Shown: positions 1-9,407, counted from the first letter of the stretch. The stretch: 64,000 nt of DNA from Candidatus Iainarchaeum sp. (GCA_017609625.1 JAFCDN010000004.1:948-64947); one strand, 5' to 3'. The notes: generated by a model not told the origin, from the sequence alone. Made by a program: numbers and translations.

Positions 1-8
1 GTAAAAAA

Positions 9-320
9 ATGCAAGCGTATAAAACTGTTTTAATGGAACTCAAAAGAAAAGGGGATTTAGAGAAAGTTAAATGGCTTGAAGGAATGAACAAAAGAATCAC
101 TAAAAGCCAAAAGCAAAGAATAATAGAAAATGACAATGAAGTAATGCAGGAATTGTTTGCGCCAAAATGGGTTTCATGGGATTTAATTTATTCCTGGGCA
201 ACAGAAGGATTAGAAAAAAAGAATTGTGTGCTGTGCGGAAAAAAAGATTCTTTAGGAATGGATTTCAAGGGAAAATTTATGTGTTCAGGCTGTTTTATTG
301 AATTAAAACACAAAATATAG
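9..320 (+). CDS. hypothetical protein with C-terminal CxxC...CxxC zinc ribbon
   Basis: 103-aa ORF; C-terminus has CVLCGKK...CSGC, a four-Cys Zn-ribbon-like motif; no family recognised. Confidence 0.35.
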   Translation: MQAYKTVLMELKRKGDLEKVKWLEGMNKRITKSQKQRIIENDNEVMQELFAPKWVSWDLIYSWATEGLEKKNCVLCGKKDSLGMDFKGKFMCSGCFIELKHKI

Positions 321-386
321 TCTACATAAACCAAAGGGAAAATTTATTAATAAAAAAATACATGTTTTAAAAGAAGTGACTAAAAA

Positions 387-776
387 ATGTTTAAAGTAGA
401 TGAAAAACTAAGAAAAAAACTTCTTCAGGAAGAATTCAAGCTGAGATCAAAACAACCTCCTTCTTGGGCGAAATTTAAATACAGAAAATTTGTCAGACTG
501 CCAAAAGAAGAAAGAGAAAAAGAAAAGGCAAGAAAAGAACTTGAAGAAGAAGAAAGAAAGAAAACAGAAGAAAAAAAGCGCCTAGCAGAAGAAAAGAAAA
601 GAGAGAAAGCAATAAAAATAAAGGAAAGAAAGAATGCAGCAGAAAAAAGGAAAAAAGAAAAAGAAAAAAGAATAAAGAAAAGAAAAAAAGAAATGGAAAG
701 GAAAGAGAAAGAACGAACAAGGAAAAAAAGGCGCTTAAAAGGAAAAAGAAAGCAGTTGAAAAGGCAAAGAAAATGA
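387..776 (+). CDS. K/E/R-rich low-complexity protein (uncertain gene)
   Basis: 129-aa ORF made almost entirely of K/E/R from AAG/AAA/GAA-rich DNA; the same composition continues out of frame to about 895. Confidence 0.2.
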   Translation: MFKVDEKLRKKLLQEEFKLRSKQPPSWAKFKYRKFVRLPKEEREKEKARKELEEEERKKTEEKKRLAEEKKREKAIKIKERKNAAEKRKKEKEKRIKKRKKEMERKEKERTRKKRRLKGKRKQLKRQRK

Positions 777-898
777 AGAAAAAAAAAAGCATTAGAAAAA
801 GTAAAAAAACTCAAGAAGATGAAAGCACTAAAAAAACAAAAAGCTGCTAAAAAATTAAAAAAGAAAACTAAAAAAAAGAAGAAAAAAAGATAACTGAT

Positions 899-1387
899 TT
901 ATTTTTTCTTTAGGACAGATTTTTTTGCCGCAGGCTTTGGAGCGGCTGCAGGTTTTGCTACTGGAGCTTTAGGTTCAGTTGGTTTGATTACTCCTTTTAA
1001 TTCTTTTAATGCTTCTGCTTTCATTTTTTTGTATTCTAAATCTGAAGTAAAATCAGAAGAAAAAACATTTTTTTCTTCTTTTCCTAAAGAAAGGTTTTTT
1101 GGGGAGCTTTTCAGAAAATCATCTAATTTCATTTTGCTTTCAGCTTCTTTTGGAGACTCTTTTATTAATTCACTTACATTTCCTGAAGGAGCATATTCAA
1201 CTTCTGTTTTTGCAGGAACAGCAGAAGAGAAATCATAGTAAATTCTCCAGACCATTATTGCTGCAATAACAAAAATCACTGCAGCAATCACTAAATTGAA
1301 GGGGTCAATTTTTGTTAAGAAAAAAATTGAAGCTATTCCCAAAATTAAAATGATTACCGGAAAAGCATATTTTATTTTAAATTCCAT
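899..1387 (-). CDS. membrane-anchored protein with PA/K-rich C-terminal tail
   Basis: 162 aa; two N-terminal hydrophobic helices (ILILGIASIFFL, VIAAVIFVIAAIMVW); C-terminal KPAAAPKPAAKK low-complexity tail. Confidence 0.4.
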   Translation of the reverse strand: MEFKIKYAFPVIILILGIASIFFLTKIDPFNLVIAAVIFVIAAIMVWRIYYDFSSAVPAKTEVEYAPSGNVSELIKESPKEAESKMKLDDFLKSSPKNLSLGKEEKNVFSSDFTSDLEYKKMKAEALKELKGVIKPTEPKAPVAKPAAAPKPAAKKSVLKKK

Positions 1388-1529
1388 TTAAACCTAAAGT
1401 AATAGAAACTTGAATTATTTAAACATTTCTATAAAAAAAAAAGAAAAGCATAGATTTTAATAGAAAAACAAACAAAACATAATACATAATCAAATGTTAA
1501 AAAAACACAGAGGATCCGGGGATGGATAA

Positions 1530-4500
1530 ATGAAAGGACAAGCTGAATTAATTGCGGTAATTGCAGTAATAGCTATTGCAGTTGCAGCTGTTTTAATTTC
1601 TCAGGGAACCCCAACAGGACTGGCTGTTGGAACTCCAACTGGATTAGATGCAAAACACAATTCAGAAGCAATAAAAGGAACTATTGATTTGGAATGGGAT
1701 ATAGTTTCTGGAGCAGACAATTATGAAATCTATTGGGGCGCAACTTCTACTGCAGACACTTATTTATACACTAAAGCAGGAGCTTCTTATACTCATGCAA
1801 TTCCTTCTCCTCAGGCAATAAAATATTATTATAAAGTCCGTGCATGCAATACTGCTGAAGGCTGCGGAAGCTTTTCTAATGTAGTAAATGAATTTCCAAA
1901 AATCGGGGTGACTGCATTAGGGCCTTTTAATGCAACAATAGGAGAAACAATTACTTTAACCAGTGCAGTAGAATATGCTGCAAGCCCTCCGGTTTTTCCA
2001 ATGCCTCCAATTTATACTTGGACTTATGATTACATAGAATCTAGTGCATTGTGTATTGAACCTGCAGACACAGAAACAACTACAACTTCCTGCTCTACTG
2101 ACGGAACAGCAGTATTTAAGTTATCAGTTTATGCAAACTATAATGACACTGAAGAAGACACTATAACAATAACCATTGGAGATAATACTCCTCCAGAAAT
2201 AACAATTGTAGCTCCAACAGATGGAGAAGGAGTAAGCGGAACAATACAAATTAATGCAAATCCCTATGATCCAAGCGGAATAGATAACACAATTGGAGTG
2301 AAATTTGAAATTGACGGAATACAAAAGTGTGTTAAACACGAAGTAACAGATAATCCAGCTGGCCCAGATTATTACACCTGTGATTGGGATACAACAGAAA
2401 ACACAGATGGAACCCATACAATTACAGTAAGTGCAACAGACACTAAAGGAAATTCCGGCTCTGCTTCAATTACAGTAAATGTAAGCAATACAGATCCAAC
2501 TTATCCTGATGTAACTATAACCCAGCCTGCAGAAATGGAAAAAATAAGCGGAACCTATGCTGTAAAAGTAACTGCTTTAGATTTAGAAAGCGGAATAGAT
2601 AAAGTAAATTTTTATGTTGACGGATTACCAAAAGACAGTGATAATACTCCTCCTGCCCCATTTACTTGGAACTGGGATACAACAATAGGAGAATATCCTG
2701 ACGGACAGTATGAACTTTTAGTTGAAGCAATAAACGGAGCAGGCCTTGCATCAACTGATTCAGTAAATGTTGTTATAGAAAACAATCCAGATTTAACTGA
2801 TCCAGTGGTAAGCTTTCTTAACCCATCAAATGGAGATACTGTAAGAGAAACAACAGATATTATAGTAACTGCTTCAGACCCTGAAAGCATGATTACAGAA
2901 ATAGAAATTTCAATTGATAGCATTGTAAAAAAAACCTGTAGTGAGCCAAGCTCTGCTACTTTATGTTCTTATTCTTGGAATACAACAGCAGAAGCAGATG
3001 GAAGCACGCATACAATTCAGGCAAAAGTTACAAACGGTTATGGAACAACAAAAACAGTTTCTATTGATGTAACAGTAGACAACTCGGTAAACCCTTTAAC
3101 TCCTTTGTGGATTACAGCTGAACCAGGAGATTACGCTGGAACAATAAAAGTTAACTGGGAGCAAGTTCCAGCAGATAATTATATAGTTGAATGGGAAGAA
3201 ACTTTACCCGGAAGACAAATGACTACAAGCCAGGGGCCAATAAATATTAATGTTAATGACCCAAACAAAGAAAGAAAATCTTATACATTTAGAGCCACGG
3301 GCTGCACCACCATTCCACAAGACTGTGGTGATTGGACTGATGAAGTAACTGCTTATCCAAAAATCGGGGCAGCAATGAGTTGCCCAACTGAAGCACAAGT
3401 AAATCAAGAAATAATGATTAATGGATGGGCAGAATATGCTTCAGAGCCGATAACAAAAATATGGAATTTAACTGAAACAACAGGCTGTACTGAAACATAT
3501 TATTTAGAAAATTTAAGATTAACATGTCCTACAGCAAGAACAGTTACAGTTTCATTAACAATTAATGCAAACAGCCAGACAGCAACAACTGACACAGTGG
3601 AAATAAGCATTACAGAAGAAGGCGATTCAACCCCGCCAGAAGTTTCAATCAGTTCTCATGTAACAGGAGACAATGTAAGCAGAGATGTAACAATAACTGC
3701 AACAGCAACAGACGCAGGCGGAATAAAACAAGTGAAGTTTTTTATTGACGGAACAGAAAAAACACCTGCTGATACAACTTTTCCATATGAATATCAGTGG
3801 GACACAACAGGATTAGATGATGGGACAACATATACACTAAAAGCTGAAGCAGAAGACAATTCAGGAAACACAAAAACATCAGATGAAGTTGTAGTAACAG
3901 TAGACAATAGTTCAAGCGATACAATCCCTCCGACAGTAGAAATAACTGCTCCTTTAGACGGAGAAACAAGAGAAGGAACAGTGAATATAACTGCAACAGC
4001 AACAGATTCAGACACTGGAATACAAAATGTGAAATTTTATGTTAATGATATATTAAAAACAACTGATTCAAGTTATCCTTATTCTTATTCTTGGGGAACA
4101 GCACAAACTGCTGATGGAACACTAGTTTCAATTAAAGCAAAAGCAACAGACGGAGCAGGAAATACAGCAGAAGATGAAATAAATGTAACAATAGACAATT
4201 CAGGCGCAGAATGCGGAAACAATGTCTGTGAAACAGGAGAAAACAATTCAAACTGTCCAAACGACTGTCCAGCAACTCCTTCATGCGGAAACGGAACAAT
4301 AGATTTAGGAGAAGACTGCGAAGAAGATGCCGACTGTTCTGCAACAATTTATCCAAGAACAGACTGTGACACACAAAACCAAAAATATGGAACAAGAAGT
4401 ATAACCTGTTCTGCTTGCGATTGCACAGCAGGACAATGGAATTACTCTGAAACAAACTACTGCAATAACTGTGATTCCTGCGGAGACGGAACACAAAACT

Positions 4501-5213
4501 GCAATGAAACATGCGAAACCTGCCCCTCAGATGTAACTGGATGTGTAGATGAACCTCCGGCAAAACCAACAGGATTAGAAATAGTAAGAACAACAGAAGA
4601 CTCAATTATTTTGCAATGGAATCCAAACTCAGAATATGATTTAAGAAGATATATTATTTATTACGGAAAAAGTTCAGGAAACTACACTAAAGAAGAAATT
4701 GCATTGAAAACTGAAACAGAAATAATTATAACTGGATTGCAGGAAGACACAACTTATTATATTGCAATAAAAGCAGAAGATGTAGGAGAACAAAAAAGCT
4801 CTTATTCAGATGAAATTAATGCAACAACAAAAAAGGAACAAATAATAGTTCTGGTTCCAGAAGGATTAACAGCAATACAAGAAGGAGAAAATATTAAGCT
4901 TAAATGGGAGCATACAGATCCAGAACCGGATTATTATATTATTGCAAGAAAAGAAAAAGAAGATTCTTTTGAAGAACTTGGAAACACCACAAACAATGAA
5001 TACACAGATGAAGAAGTGGAAACAGGAAAAACTTATGTGTATAAAGTTGCTTCATTTAAAAACGAAGAAATGAGTGAATACTCTGAAGAAATGGAAATTG
5101 AAGTAAAAGAAAAAGAAGAACCAGAAGACAATATAATTGAATGGGGTATTGCTGCTACAATAGTTGCAATCTCTGCTGCACTGGCTTATGTGTTCTTTGC
5201 ATTTGATATTTAA
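1530..5213 (+). CDS. giant cell-surface protein: pilin-like N-terminus, multiple Ig-like/FN3 domains, Cys-rich module, C-terminal TM anchor
   Basis: 1227 aa. N-terminus MKGQAELIAVIAVIAIAVAAV resembles a class III (type IV pilin-like) signal. Repeated ~90-aa modules of the form 'PPxVxIxxP..G..VsG...I...a.D..G...V.F.iDG' are typical of Ig-like/FN3 surface repeats. A region with more than 30 Cys sits at about aa 870-960. C-terminal hydrophobic anchor WGIAATIVAISAALAYVFFAF. Confidence 0.65.
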   Translation: MKGQAELIAVIAVIAIAVAAVLISQGTPTGLAVGTPTGLDAKHNSEAIKGTIDLEWDIVSGADNYEIYWGATSTADTYLYTKAGASYTHAIPSPQAIKYYYKVRACNTAEGCGSFSNVVNEFPKIGVTALGPFNATIGETITLTSAVEYAASPPVFPMPPIYTWTYDYIESSALCIEPADTETTTTSCSTDGTAVFKLSVYANYNDTEEDTITITIGDNTPPEITIVAPTDGEGVSGTIQINANPYDPSGIDNTIGVKFEIDGIQKCVKHEVTDNPAGPDYYTCDWDTTENTDGTHTITVSATDTKGNSGSASITVNVSNTDPTYPDVTITQPAEMEKISGTYAVKVTALDLESGIDKVNFYVDGLPKDSDNTPPAPFTWNWDTTIGEYPDGQYELLVEAINGAGLASTDSVNVVIENNPDLTDPVVSFLNPSNGDTVRETTDIIVTASDPESMITEIEISIDSIVKKTCSEPSSATLCSYSWNTTAEADGSTHTIQAKVTNGYGTTKTVSIDVTVDNSVNPLTPLWITAEPGDYAGTIKVNWEQVPADNYIVEWEETLPGRQMTTSQGPININVNDPNKERKSYTFRATGCTTIPQDCGDWTDEVTAYPKIGAAMSCPTEAQVNQEIMINGWAEYASEPITKIWNLTETTGCTETYYLENLRLTCPTARTVTVSLTINANSQTATTDTVEISITEEGDSTPPEVSISSHVTGDNVSRDVTITATATDAGGIKQVKFFIDGTEKTPADTTFPYEYQWDTTGLDDGTTYTLKAEAEDNSGNTKTSDEVVVTVDNSSSDTIPPTVEITAPLDGETREGTVNITATATDSDTGIQNVKFYVNDILKTTDSSYPYSYSWGTAQTADGTLVSIKAKATDGAGNTAEDEINVTIDNSGAECGNNVCETGENNSNCPNDCPATPSCGNGTIDLGEDCEEDADCSATIYPRTDCDTQNQKYGTRSITCSACDCTAGQWNYSETNYCNNCDSCGDGTQNCNETCETCPSDVTGCVDEPPAKPTGLEIVRTTEDSIILQWNPNSEYDLRRYIIYYGKSSGNYTKEEIALKTETEIIITGLQEDTTYYIAIKAEDVGEQKSSYSDEINATTKKEQIIVLVPEGLTAIQEGENIKLKWEHTDPEPDYYIIARKEKEDSFEELGNTTNNEYTDEEVETGKTYVYKVASFKNEEMSEYSEEMEIEVKEKEEPEDNIIEWGIAATIVAISAALAYVFFAFDI

Positions 5214-5224
5214 GGTGATTTAAA

Positions 5225-5509
5225 ATGTTTTTGAAAAACAAGCATAATATAAAAATCAGGTTTACTGTGCTTGCTTTGGTTGTAGGGTTTCTTGCAGGTT
5301 TTTTTTCTGTTATTTATTTAAGCAGTACAGGAAACCTTGCTTTAGAATTAAACCAAAAACCCTGCTTTAAGTATACAGGAAAAGACCCTAATGCTTTCTG
5401 TGATGAAAAAGGAAAGTTACATGTTTTTTTTGAAGGAAACAGTGAACTGGAAAAAGGATGGTATGTTACAGACTCAAAGCAGTGTGTTTCATGCAGTAAA
5501 ATAAGGTGA
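5225..5509 (+). CDS. small membrane/secreted Cys-containing protein
   Basis: 94 aa; N-terminal TM/signal; six Cys. Confidence 0.3.
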   Translation: MFLKNKHNIKIRFTVLALVVGFLAGFFSVIYLSSTGNLALELNQKPCFKYTGKDPNAFCDEKGKLHVFFEGNSELEKGWYVTDSKQCVSCSKIR

Positions 5510-5742
5510 AAAAAATGGAAGAAAAACAAAAAAGAATGGCTTTGCTTTTTGCAATGTTTTTTATTGCAAGCTTAAGTGTAATGCTTTTATTCAATGAAGG
5601 AGTTGAAGGACAGGCAATAAAAGAGTTTGATTCCAAAAAAGAAAAAAGTGCCGAATGCACTGAAATATGCGATAAAAAAATGCATGAAGAAACTTTAGCT
5701 TACAATAGCTGGAATCAATGCCACGAAGAATGCATGAAGTAA
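5506..5742 (+). CDS. small secreted protein with twin Cx3C motifs
   Basis: 78 aa; signal-like N-terminus; CTEIC and CHEEC motifs; start overlaps stop of upstream ORF. Confidence 0.3.
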   Translation: MKKMEEKQKRMALLFAMFFIASLSVMLLFNEGVEGQAIKEFDSKKEKSAECTEICDKKMHEETLAYNSWNQCHEECMK

Positions 5743-5776
5743 AAAAAATTCTTTAAAAAAGAAAAAAGCCGTTAAA

Positions 5777-6136
5777 TTACTTTTTTTCTTCTTTTTCGTC
5801 TTTTTTTCCTTCCAGTTTGCTTTTTAGTTTGTTCATTTTGTCTATTGAAATCTCTTCCTGTTTTTGGACTGTTTTAATTCTTAAGTCAACTGCTTCAACC
5901 TGTTTCTCTAAATCTTTTTTTACTTGTTCAACAGGTGTTAAAACCAGGATGTTTCCTACTGCTTTGTATACTTTTTCTTCTTTTGTTTTAGAAACTTCTT
6001 CCAGAGTTTCTTTTAATAGTTTATCTTGAAACTGAAGCTGTTGTTTTTGGTTAGACAACTGCATTAACTGATTTCTTTGCCTTTCAAAATCAACTTTTTC
6101 TTGGTCTATTCCGTTAGTCATTTGTTTTACCTCCAC
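5777..6136 (-). CDS. pfdB: prefoldin beta subunit
   Basis: 119 aa; coiled coil - beta hairpin (VYKAVGNILV) - coiled coil architecture and size typical of prefoldin beta; sits at the end of the exosome superoperon, where pfdB is normally found. Confidence 0.65.
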   Translation of the reverse strand: MEVKQMTNGIDQEKVDFERQRNQLMQLSNQKQQLQFQDKLLKETLEEVSKTKEEKVYKAVGNILVLTPVEQVKKDLEKQVEAVDLRIKTVQKQEEISIDKMNKLKSKLEGKKDEKEEKK

Positions 6137-6371
6137 TTAAATCATTGAATAAAATCAAGGGTTTCATTACAGAATTAAATGAAGCCCTTAAAGCTGTTTT
6201 ATCCTTTGCTTTAATATTAATTGCAAAAACATTCTTTTTAATTGTAATGCTTGTAATGCTTCTTGCCTTTGAATTCATTACATCCTGTGCAATTGCTTTT
6301 AATGCAAGTTCTGCATCTTTTTTTGAATTAAAAAAAACATTTGCATCCAAAAAGTAACTATAATCTTTCAT
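6114..6371 (-). CDS. small conserved superoperon protein, possibly KEOPS Pcc1-like
   Basis: 85 aa; sits between rpoP and pfdB, where small superoperon proteins (Pcc1/COG2892) occur in other archaea; assignment is by size and position only. Confidence 0.3.
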   Translation of the reverse strand: MKDYSYFLDANVFFNSKKDAELALKAIAQDVMNSKARSITSITIKKNVFAINIKAKDKTALRASFNSVMKPLILFNDLSGGKTND

Positions 6372-6379
6372 TCAAATAT

Positions 6380-6538
6380 TCACTCTGCTTTAATTTTTCT
6401 AACTATTGGCTGGTTTAATTTGGTTATTATTTTATATGCACAGCTTGGACAGCGAAAAACTCCTTTTGGAAGTTCATCAAATTTTTCTCCGCATTTAAGG
6501 CACTGGTATTTTCCCTGCTCTTCTTTCTTTTTTGCCAT
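6380..6538 (-). CDS. rpoP: DNA-directed RNA polymerase subunit P (Rpo12/RpoP)
   Basis: 52-aa ORF absent from the track (under 60 aa): MAKKKEEQGKYQCLKCGEKFDELPKGVFRCPSCAYKIITK... CxxC...CxxC with the RCPxCxYKI motif of archaeal RpoP; position between L37ae and the next superoperon gene as in other archaea. Confidence 0.7.
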   Translation of the reverse strand: MAKKKEEQGKYQCLKCGEKFDELPKGVFRCPSCAYKIITKLNQPIVRKIKAE

Positions 6539-6550
6539 TCAACCACCCCT

Positions 6551-7027
6551 CTATTTTTCCTTCTTTTCTTTTTTCTCAGTTTTTTGTTCAACCTTTTGTT
6601 TTGGTAAAGCTTTTTCTAAAAGGTTTAAAGGTTGTTTGTCAATTCCCAAAACGCTTTTTGCTTTTGTAATCAGCTTTTCTTTTTTTGATTCCTTTTTTTC
6701 TTCTTTTTGGTCAAGCTTTTTCTCTGAAAAAGGTTGCTCTAGCCCTTCTTCTAGAACTTCTGGAGTGTATTTTTTCTGCATAACCATTTTTTTGATTAAA
6801 GAGCCAGTCATAGTTTTTGGAACATATGCTCCGCCTGCAAATTCTTTTTTGCATTTAGTGCAAAAATAAACTCCTGCTGCTTTTCTCTTTAAAACCCCTA
6901 AACTGCATTCAGGACAAGAGTGTTTTTCTTTCTGCTGGGTTTCAACTTTTAATACCCTTTTTCTTATTCCTACTCCGTATCTTGAACCAAATCTTCCTGT
7001 TGAATGAACTTTTCTTGTCCTGCCCAT
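6551..7027 (-). CDS. rpl37ae: ribosomal protein L37Ae with K-rich C-terminal extension
   Basis: N-terminus MGRTRKVHSTGRFGSRYGVGIRKRV...CPECS...CTKC is classic L37Ae; it carries an extra ~60-aa lysine-rich tail. Confidence 0.85.
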   Translation of the reverse strand: MGRTRKVHSTGRFGSRYGVGIRKRVLKVETQQKEKHSCPECSLGVLKRKAAGVYFCTKCKKEFAGGAYVPKTMTGSLIKKMVMQKKYTPEVLEEGLEQPFSEKKLDQKEEKKESKKEKLITKAKSVLGIDKQPLNLLEKALPKQKVEQKTEKKEKKEK

Positions 7028-7037
7028 TAAAACACCT

Positions 7038-7820
7038 TTACAACTTTTTTCTTATTTCTTTTGCTGTTTTGAATGCAACATCTATTGCATTGTCTACATC
7101 GTCTTTTTTTATTGAACCGCTTAAGCCTTTCTGGAAAGCAGAAACAAAATTGTCTTCTGTTGTTGCAACAGAAAATCTTGCCTGAGCTGCAGTTTCCTCT
7201 AAAAGTGTAGAGTCTAAAATCATTGTATTACCTATTTTTGAAAAAGTGCTCAGCAAAGGCTTTCTTTTCAGCTTTAATTTTCCACTGTATTCTCCTTTTA
7301 CAATTTTTTCGTCTTCTACTTTTGGCACTTTTGCTTCAGTTAATGCTGCAAGAGCTGCAATTGATCCTGCATCAAAAAGATTTCCATCATGGTTTATTGC
7401 ATACATGTCAATAAATCCAATGAAAACAAATTCTCCTTGTTTAACACAGAGCTTTTCAAAGTCCACTGCTTTTGATTCTCTTATTCCTCTGTCTATTACT
7501 CTTGAGATTTCAATTGAAGCAGTTGAAGGCGGTCCAGATTCAAAATAAGGTGAAGCTAAAGGAATTAATTCCATTCCAGTTGAAATTGTCCCTTCATTTG
7601 GCATGTCTGGATAGGGTGTTCCTAAAAGAAATTTAACTCCTGCAATCACTTCGGTGTTTCCAAGAGTTACTTTAGCTGAACCTTCAGCATTCTGGTAAAT
7701 GTCTTTTTCTATTTTTAGTTCCCTGTATTCATCTACTTTTCTTGCATCCAGTCTTTTTCCTTCTTTTAATGCAGTAACTACTTTTTCTGCTTTAAAATCA
7801 AGTAACATATCTTTTTGCAT
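7038..7820 (-). CDS. rrp42: exosome complex component Rrp42 (RNase PH-like, non-catalytic)
   Basis: RNase PH fold protein following Rrp41. The ORF track starts it at 7874 inside a poly-K run that overlaps the rrp41 3' end. The more likely start is MQKDM at 7820, giving about 260 aa and overlapping the rrp41 stop. Confidence 0.75.
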   Translation of the reverse strand: MQKDMLLDFKAEKVVTALKEGKRLDARKVDEYRELKIEKDIYQNAEGSAKVTLGNTEVIAGVKFLLGTPYPDMPNEGTISTGMELIPLASPYFESGPPSTASIEISRVIDRGIRESKAVDFEKLCVKQGEFVFIGFIDMYAINHDGNLFDAGSIAALAALTEAKVPKVEDEKIVKGEYSGKLKLKRKPLLSTFSKIGNTMILDSTLLEETAAQARFSVATTEDNFVSAFQKGLSGSIKKDDVDNAIDVAFKTAKEIRKKL

Positions 7821-7821
7821 T

Positions 7822-8700
7822 TTATTGCACCTCTGCTTTTTTTTCTTCTTTTTTTTGGCCAGTTTTTTGGTCAACCTTTTGTTTTGGTAAATCTTTTTCT
7901 AAAAGATTTGAAGGTTGTTTTGGCAAAGCTTTTTCTGAAAGCTTTGAAGCCTGTTCAAATTCTTTGCTTTCATACTTTTCTTTCAATGCCTTAATCTGAA
8001 GTTTTTTTATCCCTTCAATTGATTTTACTGCTACTTCAAATGCTTCATCAAATTCTTTTTTTGAAAACAGTCCATCCATTTGAAGCAAAACAATTTCTTT
8101 AGAGTTAGACATTAATGCAATTGGCATGTCAACTGCATCCGGCGCATCTTCTTCGTCTTTGTTTAAGTCAACTATTATTTTTCCGTCAGCTCTTCCAACT
8201 GCAACTGATGTAACCAAATCTTTCATGGGAATTCCTGCATCAGCCAAAGCAACTGAAGCAGCAGTTAAAGCTGCAGCTCTAGAGCCTGCATTGCTGTCTA
8301 AAATCTGCGCCCAGACTTCAATCTGAGAGTTAGGGTATTTTTCAAGAAAAACTGATTTCTCAAGTGCTTCACCGCAGACTTTTGATATTTCAATATCTCT
8401 TCTTCCTGGCTTTGGGTTTTTTCTGTCTGGAACAGAAAACGCAGCCATTCTGTAAGTGAATTTCAATAAAGCCTTTAATGGGTTTGCAGTGTGTTTTGGC
8501 AAAGCTTCTCTTGGGCCTTGAACTGAAACAAGAACTTTGTTTTGACCCCATTCCAGATAACAGGATCCTTTTGCGTTTTTTAATACTCCTGCTGTAATTT
8601 TTATTGGTCTTGTTTCATCAATTTTTCTTCCGTCTAATCTTAATCCTTTTTTGTTTACATAAACTTTCTTTTCTTCTTTTTCTGTCGCCATATTTTTCAC
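7822..8700 (-). CDS. rrp41: exosome complex exonuclease Rrp41 (RNase PH-like, catalytic)
   Basis: 292 aa; RNase PH domain (RLDGRKIDETRPIKI...); canonical position between rrp4 and rrp42. Confidence 0.85.
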   Translation of the reverse strand: MKNMATEKEEKKVYVNKKGLRLDGRKIDETRPIKITAGVLKNAKGSCYLEWGQNKVLVSVQGPREALPKHTANPLKALLKFTYRMAAFSVPDRKNPKPGRRDIEISKVCGEALEKSVFLEKYPNSQIEVWAQILDSNAGSRAAALTAASVALADAGIPMKDLVTSVAVGRADGKIIVDLNKDEEDAPDAVDMPIALMSNSKEIVLLQMDGLFSKKEFDEAFEVAVKSIEGIKKLQIKALKEKYESKEFEQASKLSEKALPKQPSNLLEKDLPKQKVDQKTGQKKEEKKAEVQ

Positions 8701-8710
8701 CTTTTCTTTT

Positions 8711-9322
8711 TTATTTTCTTTCTTTAGCTAAAAATTCTCCAATCTTATTTGTCAAGTTTGGCATGTGCGCTTCTTTTTCAATTTTTTTTAGTGCCCTAAA
8801 CAATAATTCAGTGTCTCCGCCTTTAGCCCAGATTCTTCCATTTCTTCCTATTATAATATTGCAGTTTGTTCCTCTCTTTAAAGCATCAAGCATTGAAGCA
8901 TTTTTTCCGATTACTCTTGGAATTTTTATTGAACAGATTGAAAAAATTTCTCCCCCATAAAAAACCCTTGTGTCCCCTACGTCTGCTTCGTTTAATTCAT
9001 TTACTTTAATTACTTTAACTGAAACAATAGAGCCTCTTTTCAATGGTTCTCTTACAGAATCCTTTGAAAGGAATGAAAGATACAATGAACCAATGTCCAC
9101 TAAAAAACCTGAAAAAAGTTCCTGTGCAATCAAACCAATTACTATATCGTTTTCTTTTGGAATATAAAATCCCTTTAATGCAACAACTGAAGCATTCATT
9201 GATTCAGTGTCAGTTATTCCAATTACATCAGAATAGATTTTTCCATTCTGCAAGTAAACATGTTCTCCTGTTCTTTTTCTTTGTTCTGTTACTATTTCTC
9301 CTGGAACTACAATTTTTTTCAT
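8711..9322 (-). CDS. rrp4: exosome RNA-binding cap subunit Rrp4 (S1 + KH)
   Basis: 203 aa; S1-like core plus a C-terminal KH GxxG motif (IIGRNGRIW); superoperon position. Confidence 0.7.
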   Translation of the reverse strand: MKKIVVPGEIVTEQRKRTGEHVYLQNGKIYSDVIGITDTESMNASVVALKGFYIPKENDIVIGLIAQELFSGFLVDIGSLYLSFLSKDSVREPLKRGSIVSVKVIKVNELNEADVGDTRVFYGGEIFSICSIKIPRVIGKNASMLDALKRGTNCNIIIGRNGRIWAKGGDTELLFRALKKIEKEAHMPNLTNKIGEFLAKERK

Positions 9323-9407
9323 TATTTTTCCTCCTATCTACAACACGACTTTATGTTGTGTTTCGGTGTTAACGGACGAAACCGTTACTAAACTGCCGAA
9401 ACAGTTT

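Noticed and set aside
425-814. minus-strand ORFs (425..814, 493..792) full of F/L/S
   Set aside because: They are the mirror image of the K/E-rich low-complexity region on the + strand: compositional artefacts, not genes.
2124-4605. several minus-strand ORFs (60-157 aa) inside the 1530..5213 surface-protein gene
   Set aside because: They are fully embedded antisense to a long, domain-structured gene with clear repeat architecture, and are low-complexity or Cys/Leu-rich with no motifs.
6114-6371. calling the 85-aa protein Brix/Imp4, which usually occupies this superoperon slot
   Set aside because: Brix-domain proteins are about 170-220 aa and this ORF is far too short. It is kept as a Pcc1-like or unknown small protein.
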